Shown here in pieces: positions 12,830-23,086 of a stretch of 64,000 bases of DNA; the stretch's first letter is position 1; every line of letters begins with the position of its first letter. The DNA lies in NCBI GenBank assembly GCA_965112735.1, contig OZ218953.1:4216001-4280000 (forward strand), read 5' to 3'. The DNA comes from Phaeosaccion multiseriatum. Taxonomy: Eukaryota; Protista; Ochrophyta, other classes. The translations under genes and the position numbers were made by a program. A model generated the notes under the pieces. It made no database searches. It was not told the origin of the DNA and saw only the letters and a list, made by a program, of their open reading frames with translations.

Positions 12830-15800
12830 GCGGCGGCGGCGACAACGTCAGTAGTTCCGTCCTCGCCCACCAGTGCCTTGGCCGAGCAGAGGGTCAGAAT
12901 AGTGCCAGGATCCTCTCTGCTCACCACGCCCTTCACGCCCTTCGCGCACTCCGCAGGCGCATCGCTCGAGGCCTCCTGACACAGCCTCACCCTGTCCCTC
13001 GCCTCGGGAAGTAGCCCCAGGGGCACTTGACTGAGACACTGCACCGCTGGGGCCGAGCTTCGCGCCCCTGCACAGAGCTCCACCTTGAGGGCGTCGTCGA
13101 GTCGCTGCGGCGCCGCCGTAAAGCACTCCAGGGCCCCCCTCCCCCATCCTCCCCTTCCTCCTGCTTTTCCTCCTCCTGCGGACTTGGAGGACGAGGGCGC
13201 TGAGGAGGAGGAGAAGGAGGAGGAGAAGGAGGAGGAGGAGGAGGAGGCCGTTGTGCGCCTCCCTCCCCCACCCACCCCCCCGCCCCCGCTAGACTTGCCG
13301 CTAGTGCTCTTCACCCCTCCCCGGCTGCTGCTGCTGTTGCTTGTTTCGTTGTCTGCCTCCTCGACTCCCTCCTCGCCCTCGCCATCTGTGATGCTTGGCA
13401 TGCTGCACAGTTTAAGTTTAAGGTCAACCGACAGTCGTGATGCTGCTGCTGATACGCACCGCGCCACCTTCTCTCCATCACCGGGTCGGAGCGCCACCCC
13501 GCCCCCCCGCTGGCCTCCCCCCCTCCCTTCTCTACCCATGTCTCTCGGAGCAGCAGCCTGTGGCAAGGCTCCTCCCTCTTGGTACCCCCCCACCCCATCT
13601 GCCTTCTCCGTCGTCCCTGTTGCTGCCCCGGGTATAGCCTGTGCTGCCCCGAGCGCCCCCCCCCCTCCTCCTCCTCCTCCTCCTCCTCCTCCTCCTCCTC
13701 CTACTCCTCCTACTCCTCCTCCTCCTCCTCCTCCTCCTCCTACTCCTACTCCTCCTACTCCTCCTCCTCCTCTTTCGCCTTCTCTTTCCTTTGACTCTAC
13801 CCCTGCCTCTGCCTCTTTGCCCTCTGTCTGTGTATCTGCCCCCCCTTCCCTCCCACTTGTACACAGCCGCAGCTTGTCCTCCGTGGAGAAGCGCCGATCC
13901 CGCACCTCTGTGAAGCACTTGACAGGCTCCTCTGCACTCTCCACGGACATGACCCCTCGGCACAGACGCACACGCACATCACCACCACTGCTGCTGCTAC
14001 TGCCCCCCCCTGCTTGTCCTCCTGGCTGCTGACTCGCTGCTGCCACCGAGGCGAGGGGTGACTTGGCGACGACCTTGGAGGCATATCGCATACAGTGCGC
14101 CGGGCCAGCGTCTCTCGCACCCGTGCACAGCTGCTGCACCATGTCGGCAGCCCCGCTGTCGCCAATTGGGAACGGGAGGGACGGGATATGTGAAGGAGAA
14201 TCAAGAGACGGAAGAGCAGGAGCAGCAGCAGGAGGAGGAGGAGGAGGAGGAGGAGGAGCAGGAGGAGCAGGAGCAGGAGCAGGAGGAGGAGGAGCAGGAG
14301 GAGGAGGAGGAGGAGCAGGAGGAGGAGGAGGAGGAGGAGCAGGAGGAGGAGGGAGGAGCAGGAGGAGGAGGAGGAGGAGGAGGAGGAGGAGGAGGAGGAG
14401 GAGGAGGAGGAGGAGGAGGAGGAGCAGGAGGAGGAGGAGGAGGAGGAGGAGGAGGAGGAGGAGGAGGAGGAGGAGGAGGAGGAGGAGGAGGAGGAGGAGG
14501 AGGAGGAGGAGGAGGAGGAGGAGGAGGAGGAGGAGGAGGAGGAGGAGGAGGAGGAGGAGGAGGAGGAGGAGGAGGAGGAGGAGGAGCAGCAGCAGGAGGA
14601 GGAGGAGGAGGGACGAGGGGGAGGAGGGAGGAGGAGGAGGAGGCGGAGGAGAGGGAGAGAGTGTCGCCGGGAAGTCAGATCAGAGAATGATAGACCTCGG
14701 ATGCAATGCAGATTGGCAAGAGCGATGCGAGATCAGGAGAGTCGAGACTTGTAAGCTATGGAGATGTACACACACACACCCACACCCACACCCACACACA
14801 CACACACACACACGCAGACACACAACACCCCTCCCTGGAAAGCGACTTGCTGCTGCTGCTGCCACAGAAAAGGCGCGAAACGAGGCCTGCAGTTGGGGTG
14901 GCTCCAACAAGCACATCCCCTGTCACTCCACAGACCTCTCGTGTGGGTTGAAGGCCTTGTTCTTCGCGTCGAGGAGAGCCTCTACACACAGCGCCGGTCC
15001 CGTGCTGCTCGCTGCTCGGCACATGCTCGCGGCGGCTGCGCTGGGCACAAGCTTGCTGCCTCGGGGCATGGCGGCGAAGCAAGCTGCCGTGGCTGAGCCG
15101 CCGCCATCTTTGCAGAGCTCGACTTGTTCCGTGGTGTTGAGAAGCTTACTTGCTCGAGCTCCTCTGCTGCCAGCGGTGCTACCCTTGTTTAGTGCGATGA
15201 CACACGCCGCCGCGGAGTCCTGTGAGGGGCAAAGGTGTGAAGGGGGCAAACATGGTCGTCAGGAGGAGGAGGAGGAGGAGGAGGAGGAGGAGGAGGAGGA
15301 GGAAATTATGGCGCAGAAGACTCTTTCTTACTTATTCAAAAGAACAATAGTTGATATATATAGAGCCATACGTCGAGTATGGCATTCAAGCATGGCATTC
15401 ATATGCCCCACGGCATCATTGATACGCTCAGTTTCACTATCTCGCTCAGTCCCTCATTCCCTCCTTCTCTCCCCCACTCAGCCTTTCGTTCCGTCACCAA
15501 ATCGCCCAGTCACTCACCCCTCCTTCTTCTCCTTTGCATAACTCCACTTGCAGCGGCCCTCCCAAGCTCCGCGCAATCGCATGAGGAAGGCTCGACACGC
15601 ACTCGGCCGGCCCTGTGCTCTGTGCCTGCCGACAGAGGTCGAGCAGAAGAGGAGCAGACATGCCGGGCTTGCTGCGGGCAGATATCGCGCAGTCTGCTGG
15701 CGTGGAAGAGGTGACATTTTGGCATAGCTCTTGTCTCCCCTCCGTGCCAAGCGAGTGCGGCGCTCGATTAAAGCAATCTCGGTTGATGTTGGAGTGATGA

Positions 15801-15925
15801 TGGTCGTGGGAGGAGAAAGCTTGCACCAGCAGAGGATAGGGGCGTGATATGGGGAGCGTGGCCGACCATAAGGAAGGCAAAGAGGTTGAGCACGAGCCTG
15901 CCAAGAGTAGCAGCACCAGCAGCAT
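8042..15925 (-). CDS. Large secretory-pathway protein: signal peptide, ~15 Cys-pair repeats, Ig-like beta region, C-terminal DnaJ J-domain
   Basis: [15 protein letters not shown] start; repeats like [43 protein letters not shown]; J-domain SPLERLGL...RQIRKSYYR|[10 protein letters not shown]...[12 protein letters not shown] with HPD at 8269-8277. Exon structure around 14.2-14.9 kb is uncertain. Confidence 0.8.
10741..10898 (+). repeat. (GGGA)n intronic microsatellite
   Basis: Directly visible. Confidence 0.95.
12296..12445 (+). repeat. (TGGA)n intronic microsatellite
   Basis: Directly visible. Confidence 0.95.
14215..14645 (+). repeat. Long (GGA)n/(GCA) microsatellite, intronic in the J-protein gene
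   Basis: About 430 bp purine tract; stops in the minus-strand coding frame nearby indicate it is not exonic. Confidence 0.9.
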
Positions 15926-16303
15926 CGGCTCCTCGTGTTCTCATATAATATTGCTCAGAAGCCGTCTTATTGGATGCCATTTTCTCCCTCCATCTTCTTT
16001 CAGCAGCGTCCCGCTCGCAGAGGCTCTCAACTGCCTACGTCGCTGGTCTCCCGCTGCTATTGCCGGATGACATCGCGCCAACGGATGTAACGGAACATGC
16101 CGACATGCTGGAAACCCTCCCCTGACTTCAAAATCGACTGCCTGCCATCTTGATCGTTTGCCGCTGAATCCTCCAAGTGAGAGCCCCGCGGGACACGCGG
16201 AAGAACACGCTTAAGCTTGAGCAATCCTTACCAGAGGGAGAGAGAGGGCGAGAGAGAGGGAGAAAGAAAAGATAGAAAGAAGAGAGAAAAGAACGGGTTT
16301 ACC

Positions 16304-18778
16304 ATGTCGTTTATGCAGCGGGAAGAGGGCGGGAGGAGGCATTCCCGAGAGGCCCAGCAAGCCTTCGCCTCGATCTTAAACCAGCAGATCGCCGACAAGC
16401 AAGCGGCGAAGAGGGTTCAGGAGAGGCGAAATAGCCAGGAGGACCAAAGACTCCTGAGCGAGACGCCATTGTATGACAGGCGCAAGAGAGGGGGCGGAGG
16501 AGAGCCGACGACCGACGGAGACGGGATGGCCATGCCCGACCTCAGGCTCGCGGCGAGCTATCGGGGCCAGTCGCGAGGAGGAGCAGGGGAGGAACGGGAG
16601 AGGAGAAGAGGTGTGAGCCGAGGAGACAGGGACATGGCCTCTACGAATGGGTATTCTGACCATCGCAGTGGCAGACAGAGAGATGAAAGCGAGGGCAGGG
16701 TCACGTATGAGGATTACTCCCAGTCTCCATCCCCCAGGCAGCGCCGAGAGGCGCCAAGAAGCAGAGAAAGCCATGGAGAGGGGAGAAGAGGCAGCACAGA
16801 GAGTGCGAACGGAGGGACAGGCGTGTATATGAGTGCTCTAAAGGAAATGACGGGCCCTCCGAGGGAGATGCAAATTGCCAAGCAAGAGAAGGAGAGGAAG
16901 TACAGAGAGCAGCTGCAGCAGGATATCGAGCAAGTCAGAAGAAAGAAGGTGTGTGTGTGGAATAAGTACAAGGAAGGGCATGGGAATGCTCCACAGGGCC
17001 CCTCGATGTGCCCGAGTATTGAGGGAGGCGAATGCAATTCCGCTTCTTGTACCCAGTACATACACAGTACTCTGTCTTTCTCTTACCCGCTGTCCCCCAT
17101 CCCCCAACCCCGTCCATTGGTGCATCGGTAGGAGGAGGAGAAGCGCAAAGTCGCCGCTGAAAAGGCTGCGGAGCTGGAGGAGATTATTGAGATGGAGAAA
17201 CGAAACGGCACATACCGGGGGAACAGAACGCAGGCCCCACAGTTCCAGGAGTCGCCCGACTTTGCCCTCACCACGGGCCGCTCCAAGGCAAGCGGTGGTC
17301 CTCAGCCCATCAACGGCGGCGACGAGCATCATCAGCGGCGGGGCGATGAAGGTCGGGGAGATGAGAGGTATCGGGACCATAGCAACAGTCCCTCCTATCG
17401 CGATCCGAGCTACAGCCCTCATCGGAGTCCGTCCCATAATAGCCACTACGGCGGCGAGAGTAGCTGCAGTCCGAACTTCAGAGGCCGTGGGCGGCAGCAA
17501 CAGGAGAGAGCGAGGGGCAGGGGCAAGGGGACTGGTGAGTACTCTCCTCGAAGACAACAACAGGGGCAGCGGCAGCGGCAGCAGCGCCAGCCGCAGCAGG
17601 AAGAGGAGGAGCGGGAGGAACGGGGGCGAAGGGGAAGATTGTCATACAATGATGGTGATACTGGAGGAGGGAGAGGAGAGGGTGGCAAGGGTCGGGGCGG
17701 AGGGGATGACAGAAGTCAGCGAGAGCGGCCGCGCAATGGGAGAGGAAGAGCCCCAGCTGACGACGACTACGACTATGAAGAGGGTGGGGGTGGACGGGGC
17801 AGTGATGACGGAGAAGGGCCGGAGGACTCTGTCTCTCGCGAGGTGTACGAGGAAATGGCGAGTCTTTGCAAGGAGCTGCTGGAGGAGCAGAAGAGACTGC
17901 AGGCAAAGATTGACAAGCAGGATAGAGTCATTAGCATACTACAGAGGAAAGCGGGAGGGGCCAGGGCGAGTGTGGCAGCGAAGGCACCAGGTCCCAACAA
18001 CAACAGCAACAGCGGCGGCGGTGGAGGTCCCAAGGTGGGCTTTGGTAGCGGAAGTGGCATTGGAGAGAGGATTAAGCCCACGCCCGTCAAGGCCTCGAGC
18101 ACCAGCGCTCGGGCTTCTGCTGGCGCTGCTCGGCGAGCAAGTGGTGGAGGGGTTGGAGGGAGCATGCGGGCGACGTCAGAGGCCAGCGGCCGACGTAAGC
18201 TTCACCAGCAGCAAGGACGAAGCGCGGTGGGGAATGGGGATGAAGAAGGTGCTGGTGCAGGGGTGCGGCAACAGGGGCGTGCAGCAGAGGCAGGCGCTTT
18301 GAGTCACAGCAAGTCGGCCTCGGTAAGCAGAGGAGCAGAGGGCCTTCCGCGGCAGGAGAGGAGGGGCGGCAACAGCAGGATACCAAGGGACGAGGGGGAG
18401 AGTCCGAAGGACAGGAGGCTTCGTCTGCGCCAGCAGATGGGCAGCACCAGAGATGACGGGAGCAGCGGCGCCCCTCCTTCGGCGAGGGGAAGTGCGGCGG
18501 GCAGCGCATTCCGAGGAGGAGGAGGAGGAGGAGGAGGAGGAGGAGGAGGAGGAGGAGGAGGAGGAGGAGGAGGAGGAGGAGGAGGAGGAGGAGGGCGGAG
18601 GGGCGGTGGTGGTGGTGGTGGTGGTGGTGGCATTCACGCTCTACTCCCAGGCGGTGGGCCCAAGGTGGTAACGCACGATGATGAGCAAGGCGATAGGCGG
18701 TACGGGGGCTCAGGGGTGGCCGATGACCAGCTGGACAGGCTACTCGACTCCGTTCGGCCTCGGCCCGCGAGGCGGTGA
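16304..18778 (+). CDS. Low-complexity coiled-coil protein, possibly CCDC66/CSPP-like, 2 exons
   Basis: ATG 16304; intron ~16950-17131 joins KERKYREQLQQDIEQVRRKK|EEEKRKVAAEK in frame; second coiled coil EMASLCKELLEEQKRLQAKIDKQDRVISILQ. Family resemblance is weak. Confidence 0.65.
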
Positions 18779-19044
18779 GCCTTACTCTCGCTTGCTCCTT
18801 CCTGTTACGTGTCTGGAGCGTGTTTGCGTGTGTGTGCTACGTGTGTATGTAGACTTGTTCCCGCTCTACGGGCGTGAGACCTCAGCGAATGGTGGAGAGG
18901 GAGAAATGAACTTCCGCAGGATCAGCTCCACCACACACACGACCTTTTTTCGTTTTTCTTCTCATTTTACAATACTTGATACATTTTGGAACCATTTTGG
19001 GTGATTGCTTCCTAATTGAGCTTGTTATTGACGGCAACACCGTG

Positions 19045-21275
19045 CTATTTGAGCTTGTCGTTGACAGCAAACCCGTTCTTCTTCGCGTGTTTAGCGTAGT
19101 CCTCGGCAGTAAGCACGTATCCTAAGAGTAGCGGAGGGATGGCGAGCAAAAACGTATTGCTATATGAGTGAGGGAGTCGTCGAATGCGACACAACAACCA
19201 TCGTGATGTGAAGAATAAAAGGAGCATTTAGGCGAGGAGGTGACCACATGAATCGGGCTTGCCTAGCCCCTCCCTCTTTCTACTCACTCACCCCAGTGCT
19301 GGAGTGTTTGCCTGATGACCGGGGATACGTTCTCGTCATCGTAGGTGGTCCCGGCACGCCCTATTCTGTTGCACAATTGGATACGCCACCTGCCTGCTCT
19401 CGGTTGATTGAGTACACGTCCATTGGGGCGGGGAGGGGACGAGGCGGAGATTGGAGACCGGGGCATAGGAAGGAAGGAAGGAAGGAAGGGCAAGAAGGAG
19501 GGAAGCAATGGGAGGAAGGAAGGAAGGAAGGATGAGATAAAGGAGGAGAAGGAAGGAAGCAAGAGAAGGAAGCAAGAACGAGCGACGGAGGGAAGGAGGA
19601 GAAGGAAGCACGGAAGGAAGGAAGGAAGGAAGGAAGGAAGGAAGCACGGAAGGAAGGAAGGAAGGAAGGAAGGAAGGAAGGAAGGAAGGAAGGAAGGAAG
19701 GAAGGAAGGAAGGAAGGAAGGAAGGAAGGAAGGAAGGAAGGAAGGAAGGAAGGGAGGAAGGAAGCACAGGAGCACGGAATCTCTACATGGTACCTACCCG
19801 TCGGGCCGAAGCAGCGAAGACCCCGTCCGACCTGTAGGGAAGGGAAGGGACGGAAACGCGCGGAATAGAAAGGAGCAAAGAAGACAGCGAAACAGATACA
19901 GACACAAGGGCGAGATTCCGCGGTGAGAGGTGTGGGAAAGATGGCGACAACGGACGATAATACGCAGTAACAAAGAAAGAGCGCAAACTACAAGGGGGAG
20001 TCGGGGGGTTGGGTGACCCCGGGCTGCCCATGGACGGCAGGCGAGTGAGTACGTGCGGCGGAGGGAGCAACAGGACACACAATAGTCACAGGACACCCCA
20101 CGACGATGACGATGAGCACACAAGGAGCCTCAGCGGCCAAGCCCCCACCTGGCGGTCGTCGTCGGAGCTGCGCCTGCCCAAGTAGAAGCGACAATACCAC
20201 TGAAACCATCCGTACGGGTCCGTCTGGAGGCGGTGCGACAGCGGGACGTGTGGGAAGGATGGACGCACAGACATGGGGCGCGGCGGCGGCAGCAGCATCA
20301 GCAGCAGCAGATGCACATCAGACAGGGTGTTCCCTCGCCTTTGCTCGGGGTGAGGCCTGGGGGGGGAGGCGGGGAGGAGCGGCGGGAAAAGCTCTCGAGA
20401 TGTGGGCCAGCCTCGCGAGCGAACATTGCGTACCTCGACAATCCACCCTTTGCTCTCCCACTCGTCCAGGCCCGCCCCACAGTTGACTCCGTACTTGTTG
20501 ATTGACGTGTCATACTTGGCACTCGTGACCATCGTCTTAATGTCCACTCCGTCGAACCACTCCTTCGGGAACTCTTTCCACTGGTCGGCCGAGTAGGACT
20601 TGCCCGTCACAGAGGACTGACACAAGTGTTCACATGGAAGCACAGAGAGATGGAAAGGAGGCTACGTTGGGTTGCTCCGCTAAACAGGCAGACAAGACAC
20701 CTTACCTTGATCGGCCTGAAGTAAGTACCTCCAAAGCTTCCAAGCTTTATAATCTCACTGGGAGTGAGGCGCGGCTTGAACTCCGGGTAGTCTGGGAACG
20801 ACAATTCCCCCTTGGCGTTTCGCTTGGGCAAAGGCTTTGGTGGACCGGGCATGATTTCTGTCTTGGCTTCTGCGAGCCTCGGATACGTCTTCTTCTGCCC
20901 CGCCTTTGTCTCATCACTGCCCTTTTTCTTATCGGCACCACCCGTCTTCGCTTTTTTTACTTCCTTTCTCTCCTCCTCTGCTTCTGCTCTTGCAGTCTCT
21001 TCCGCGGCCACTTCCAAAGACGCTGGATCGTACTTCACTTTCTTGTCCAGGGCCCTCAGGCTCCGACCCCCCCCACTTGAAGCCGGTTGCCCCCTCTTCT
21101 TGGCGGCCGACATGGTGGTCTCAGCTCGTATGAGTCTCGACCTCAAGCGCACCTGGGGCTGCTGGAAGGCATGCAACCCTCTGAGGTGGTGGCTAGTCAG
21201 CGCCGCTTTCCTGAAGGCGAAAGAGCCCCCTCTGCCGCCCGCCGCTGTTGCTGCTGCTACGGCGAAATAGCCCAA
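19045..21275 (-). CDS. Conserved uncharacterised protein (GSFGGTYFR / DPYGWFQWYCRFY.GRR family), 6 exons
   Basis: Spliced: LTPSEIIKLGSFGGTYFRPIK|SSVTG...NKYGVNCG.GL.EWESKGWI|DPYGWFQWYCRFYLGRRSSDDDRQ|VGRGLRCFGPTG|RWRIQL...SPVIRQTLQHWG|YVLT...KLK*. Confidence 0.88.
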
Positions 21276-21332
21276 GCGTCTAAACAGTGACGGCGTCGTC
21301 TTGTCTTCCTTTAGCTCCCTTAAACCCCCCCC

Positions 21333-21366
21333 CCCTTAGGTGCCATCTATGGTTGTCTAAAAGTAA
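21333..21366. repeat. 34-bp dispersed repeat, copy of the left end of the 25592-25708 element
   Basis: cccttaggtgccatctatggttgtctaaaagtaa vs 25593-25626 cccttaagtgccatctatggttgtctaaaagtaa, 1 mismatch. Confidence 0.9.
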
Positions 21367-21382
21367 TGGCTCACCGCCCCGA

Positions 21383-22339
21383 TCGGCTCCAGACTGGCCT
21401 AGAAGCCTATGCTATTCTATGCTATTATGCTCTAGGCCTAGGCCGGGGGCTGTTGGCCGCTCTAGGCCGGCCATTTTTTCTCCCTAGGCCGGCGGTTCTA
21501 GGCCTAGGCCTCGACCTATCTGAATACTGATTACGGCCGGCGCAGCCGGCAGCCGGCCTGATTACTGATTGTGGCGCCAGCCGGCCTGGTTGCTGATTAT
21601 ACAGCCGGTGACCAGCCGGCCTGATTACTGATTATGCGCCAGCCGGGGGCTGATTACTGATTACGGACGGCGCACACCGTGATCTTGTCCAGGGTCGAAG
21701 GGAGGGAGGGAGGGAGGGAGGGAGGGAGGGAGGGAGGGAGGGAGGGAGGGAGGGAGGGAGGGAGGGAGGGAGGGAGGGAGGGCGGGAGGGAGGGAGGGAG
21801 GGAGGGAGGGAGGGAGGGAGGGAGGGAGGGAGGGAGGGAGGGAGGGAGGGAGGGAGGGAGGGAGGGAGGGAGGGAGGGAGGGAGGGAGGGAGGGAGGGAG
21901 GGAGGGAGGGAGGGAGGGAGGGAGGGAGGGAGGGAGGGAGGGAGGGAGGGAGGGAGGGAGGGAGGGAGGGAGGGAGGGAGGGAGGGAGGGAGGGAGGGAG
22001 GGAGGGAGGGAGGGAGGGAGGGAGGGAGGGAGGGAGGGAGGGAGGGAGGGAGGGAGGGAGGGAGGGAGGGACGGAGGGAGGGAGGGAGGGAGGGAGGGAC
22101 GGAGGGAGGGAGGGAGTCGACCCTGGACAAGATTATCTGATTACTGATTACGGCCGGCGCAGCACCGTAATCTTGTCCAAGGTCGATAGGCCTAGCTAGG
22201 CCGGGGGGGCTGCGCCAAAAATAGGCCTAGGCCGGGGGCCTGCGGTCCCCTCTAGGCCTAGGCCGGGGGCCTGCGGCCCCCCTAGGCCGGCCGAATTTCA
22301 CGTCTCTAGGCCTAGGCTTCTAGGCCAGTCTGGAGCCGA
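21383..22339. mobile_element. Non-autonomous fold-back/TIR element with 27-bp terminal inverted repeats and central (GGGA)n tract
   Basis: tcggctccagactggcctagaagccta (21383-21409) is the exact reverse complement of 22313-22339; CTAGGC/GCCGGC and CTGATTA subterminal repeats; (GGGA)n 21700-22115; CCCCG on both flanks is a possible target duplication; no transposase ORF. Confidence 0.8.
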
Positions 22340-22800
22340 CCCCGGGGAACTAAGCCCCCCGAAAGAGGTCGTATCCCTCCGATGCGTCGATGCGTCAGTC
22401 CTCCCCATCGGAATAAAGTTGATACCAGCCAGGATCCTGTGTCGAAGCGATCGCTCGTGTCGGGCCCGCTGGAGCGCCACGGCCAATCGCCGCCGAATGA
22501 CGCAAACAGCCCTCGCATAAGCTCTCATGTCCAGATGTTCGTGCCCCCCAGCCATGTGGGTGGCGAGTGTTTTCATAAACGTCTGGGCAGACGGACCAAA
22601 TGCGCCTTTCTGTTCCATCCCAAAAGGGACGAGATGGTACCTCATGGGGTCATAGTGGATGTCCCCACCCTGGCCCTCCATGGTGCGGTTGGTGGCTTCA
22701 GCCTTCTTGGCTGCCGCAAGTGCTTCCTTTGATGCTTTGGCCCTATTGGTGATGTTGGTGGATGTGTGAGAGTGATGTCGATCATCAGGGACAGCAGTTT
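22340..22800 (-). pseudogene. 3' remnant of a CRE-type non-LTR retrotransposon (restriction-like endonuclease domain), frameshifted
   Basis: IDITLTHP [frameshift] ...ALAAAKKAEATNRT...HLVPFGMEQKGAFGPSAQTFMKTLA...IRRRLAVALQRA matches the RLE C-terminal pattern D..v.hP...AE..K..KY...F.P..E..G..G..A...RlsvalqR; no RT domain in the window. Confidence 0.75.
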
Positions 22801-23086
22801 TAACATTTTTAACAATCCAGCATCATATTTTTTCCTTTCCTCCCCTCTTCCCTTTTTCTCTTTTTCCTCTCTCAAGGGCTATTTGCCCATACGATCCCCT
22901 GCAATGATTATACTCACAGCTATTTGTACAGGAGTGTTCCTACGAGGGGGAACTGAGAATGGATTGGTGTAGCGCGACACGTAACGGAGCCAGTCCCAAA
23001 GAGTGCGGCCATAGGACTGAAGAGACCGAAAGGGTCCACGTTTAGCTTCAAAGCTCTTCAAAGAGATGGAGCGTCGCTTTTAATAA

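Noticed and set aside
157-15541. Many long ORFs such as 1671-2669, 9035-10030 and 14063-15541
   Set aside because: Stop-free microsatellite translations (polyE/P/R, CVCV, HTHT) or antisense shadows of real exons
21520-21680. CTGATTACTGATT repeats with variable spacers as CRISPR-like
   Set aside because: Spacers are short and related to each other; these are internal repeats of the fold-back element
21654-22140. ORFs (PPSL)n and (EGGR)n as a transposase or structural protein
   Set aside because: Pure translation of the GGGA tract
23012-23045. Hammerhead-like CTGAAGA...GAAA motif
   Set aside because: No stem III or NUH cleavage site can be paired; GAAA falls inside the would-be stem II loop
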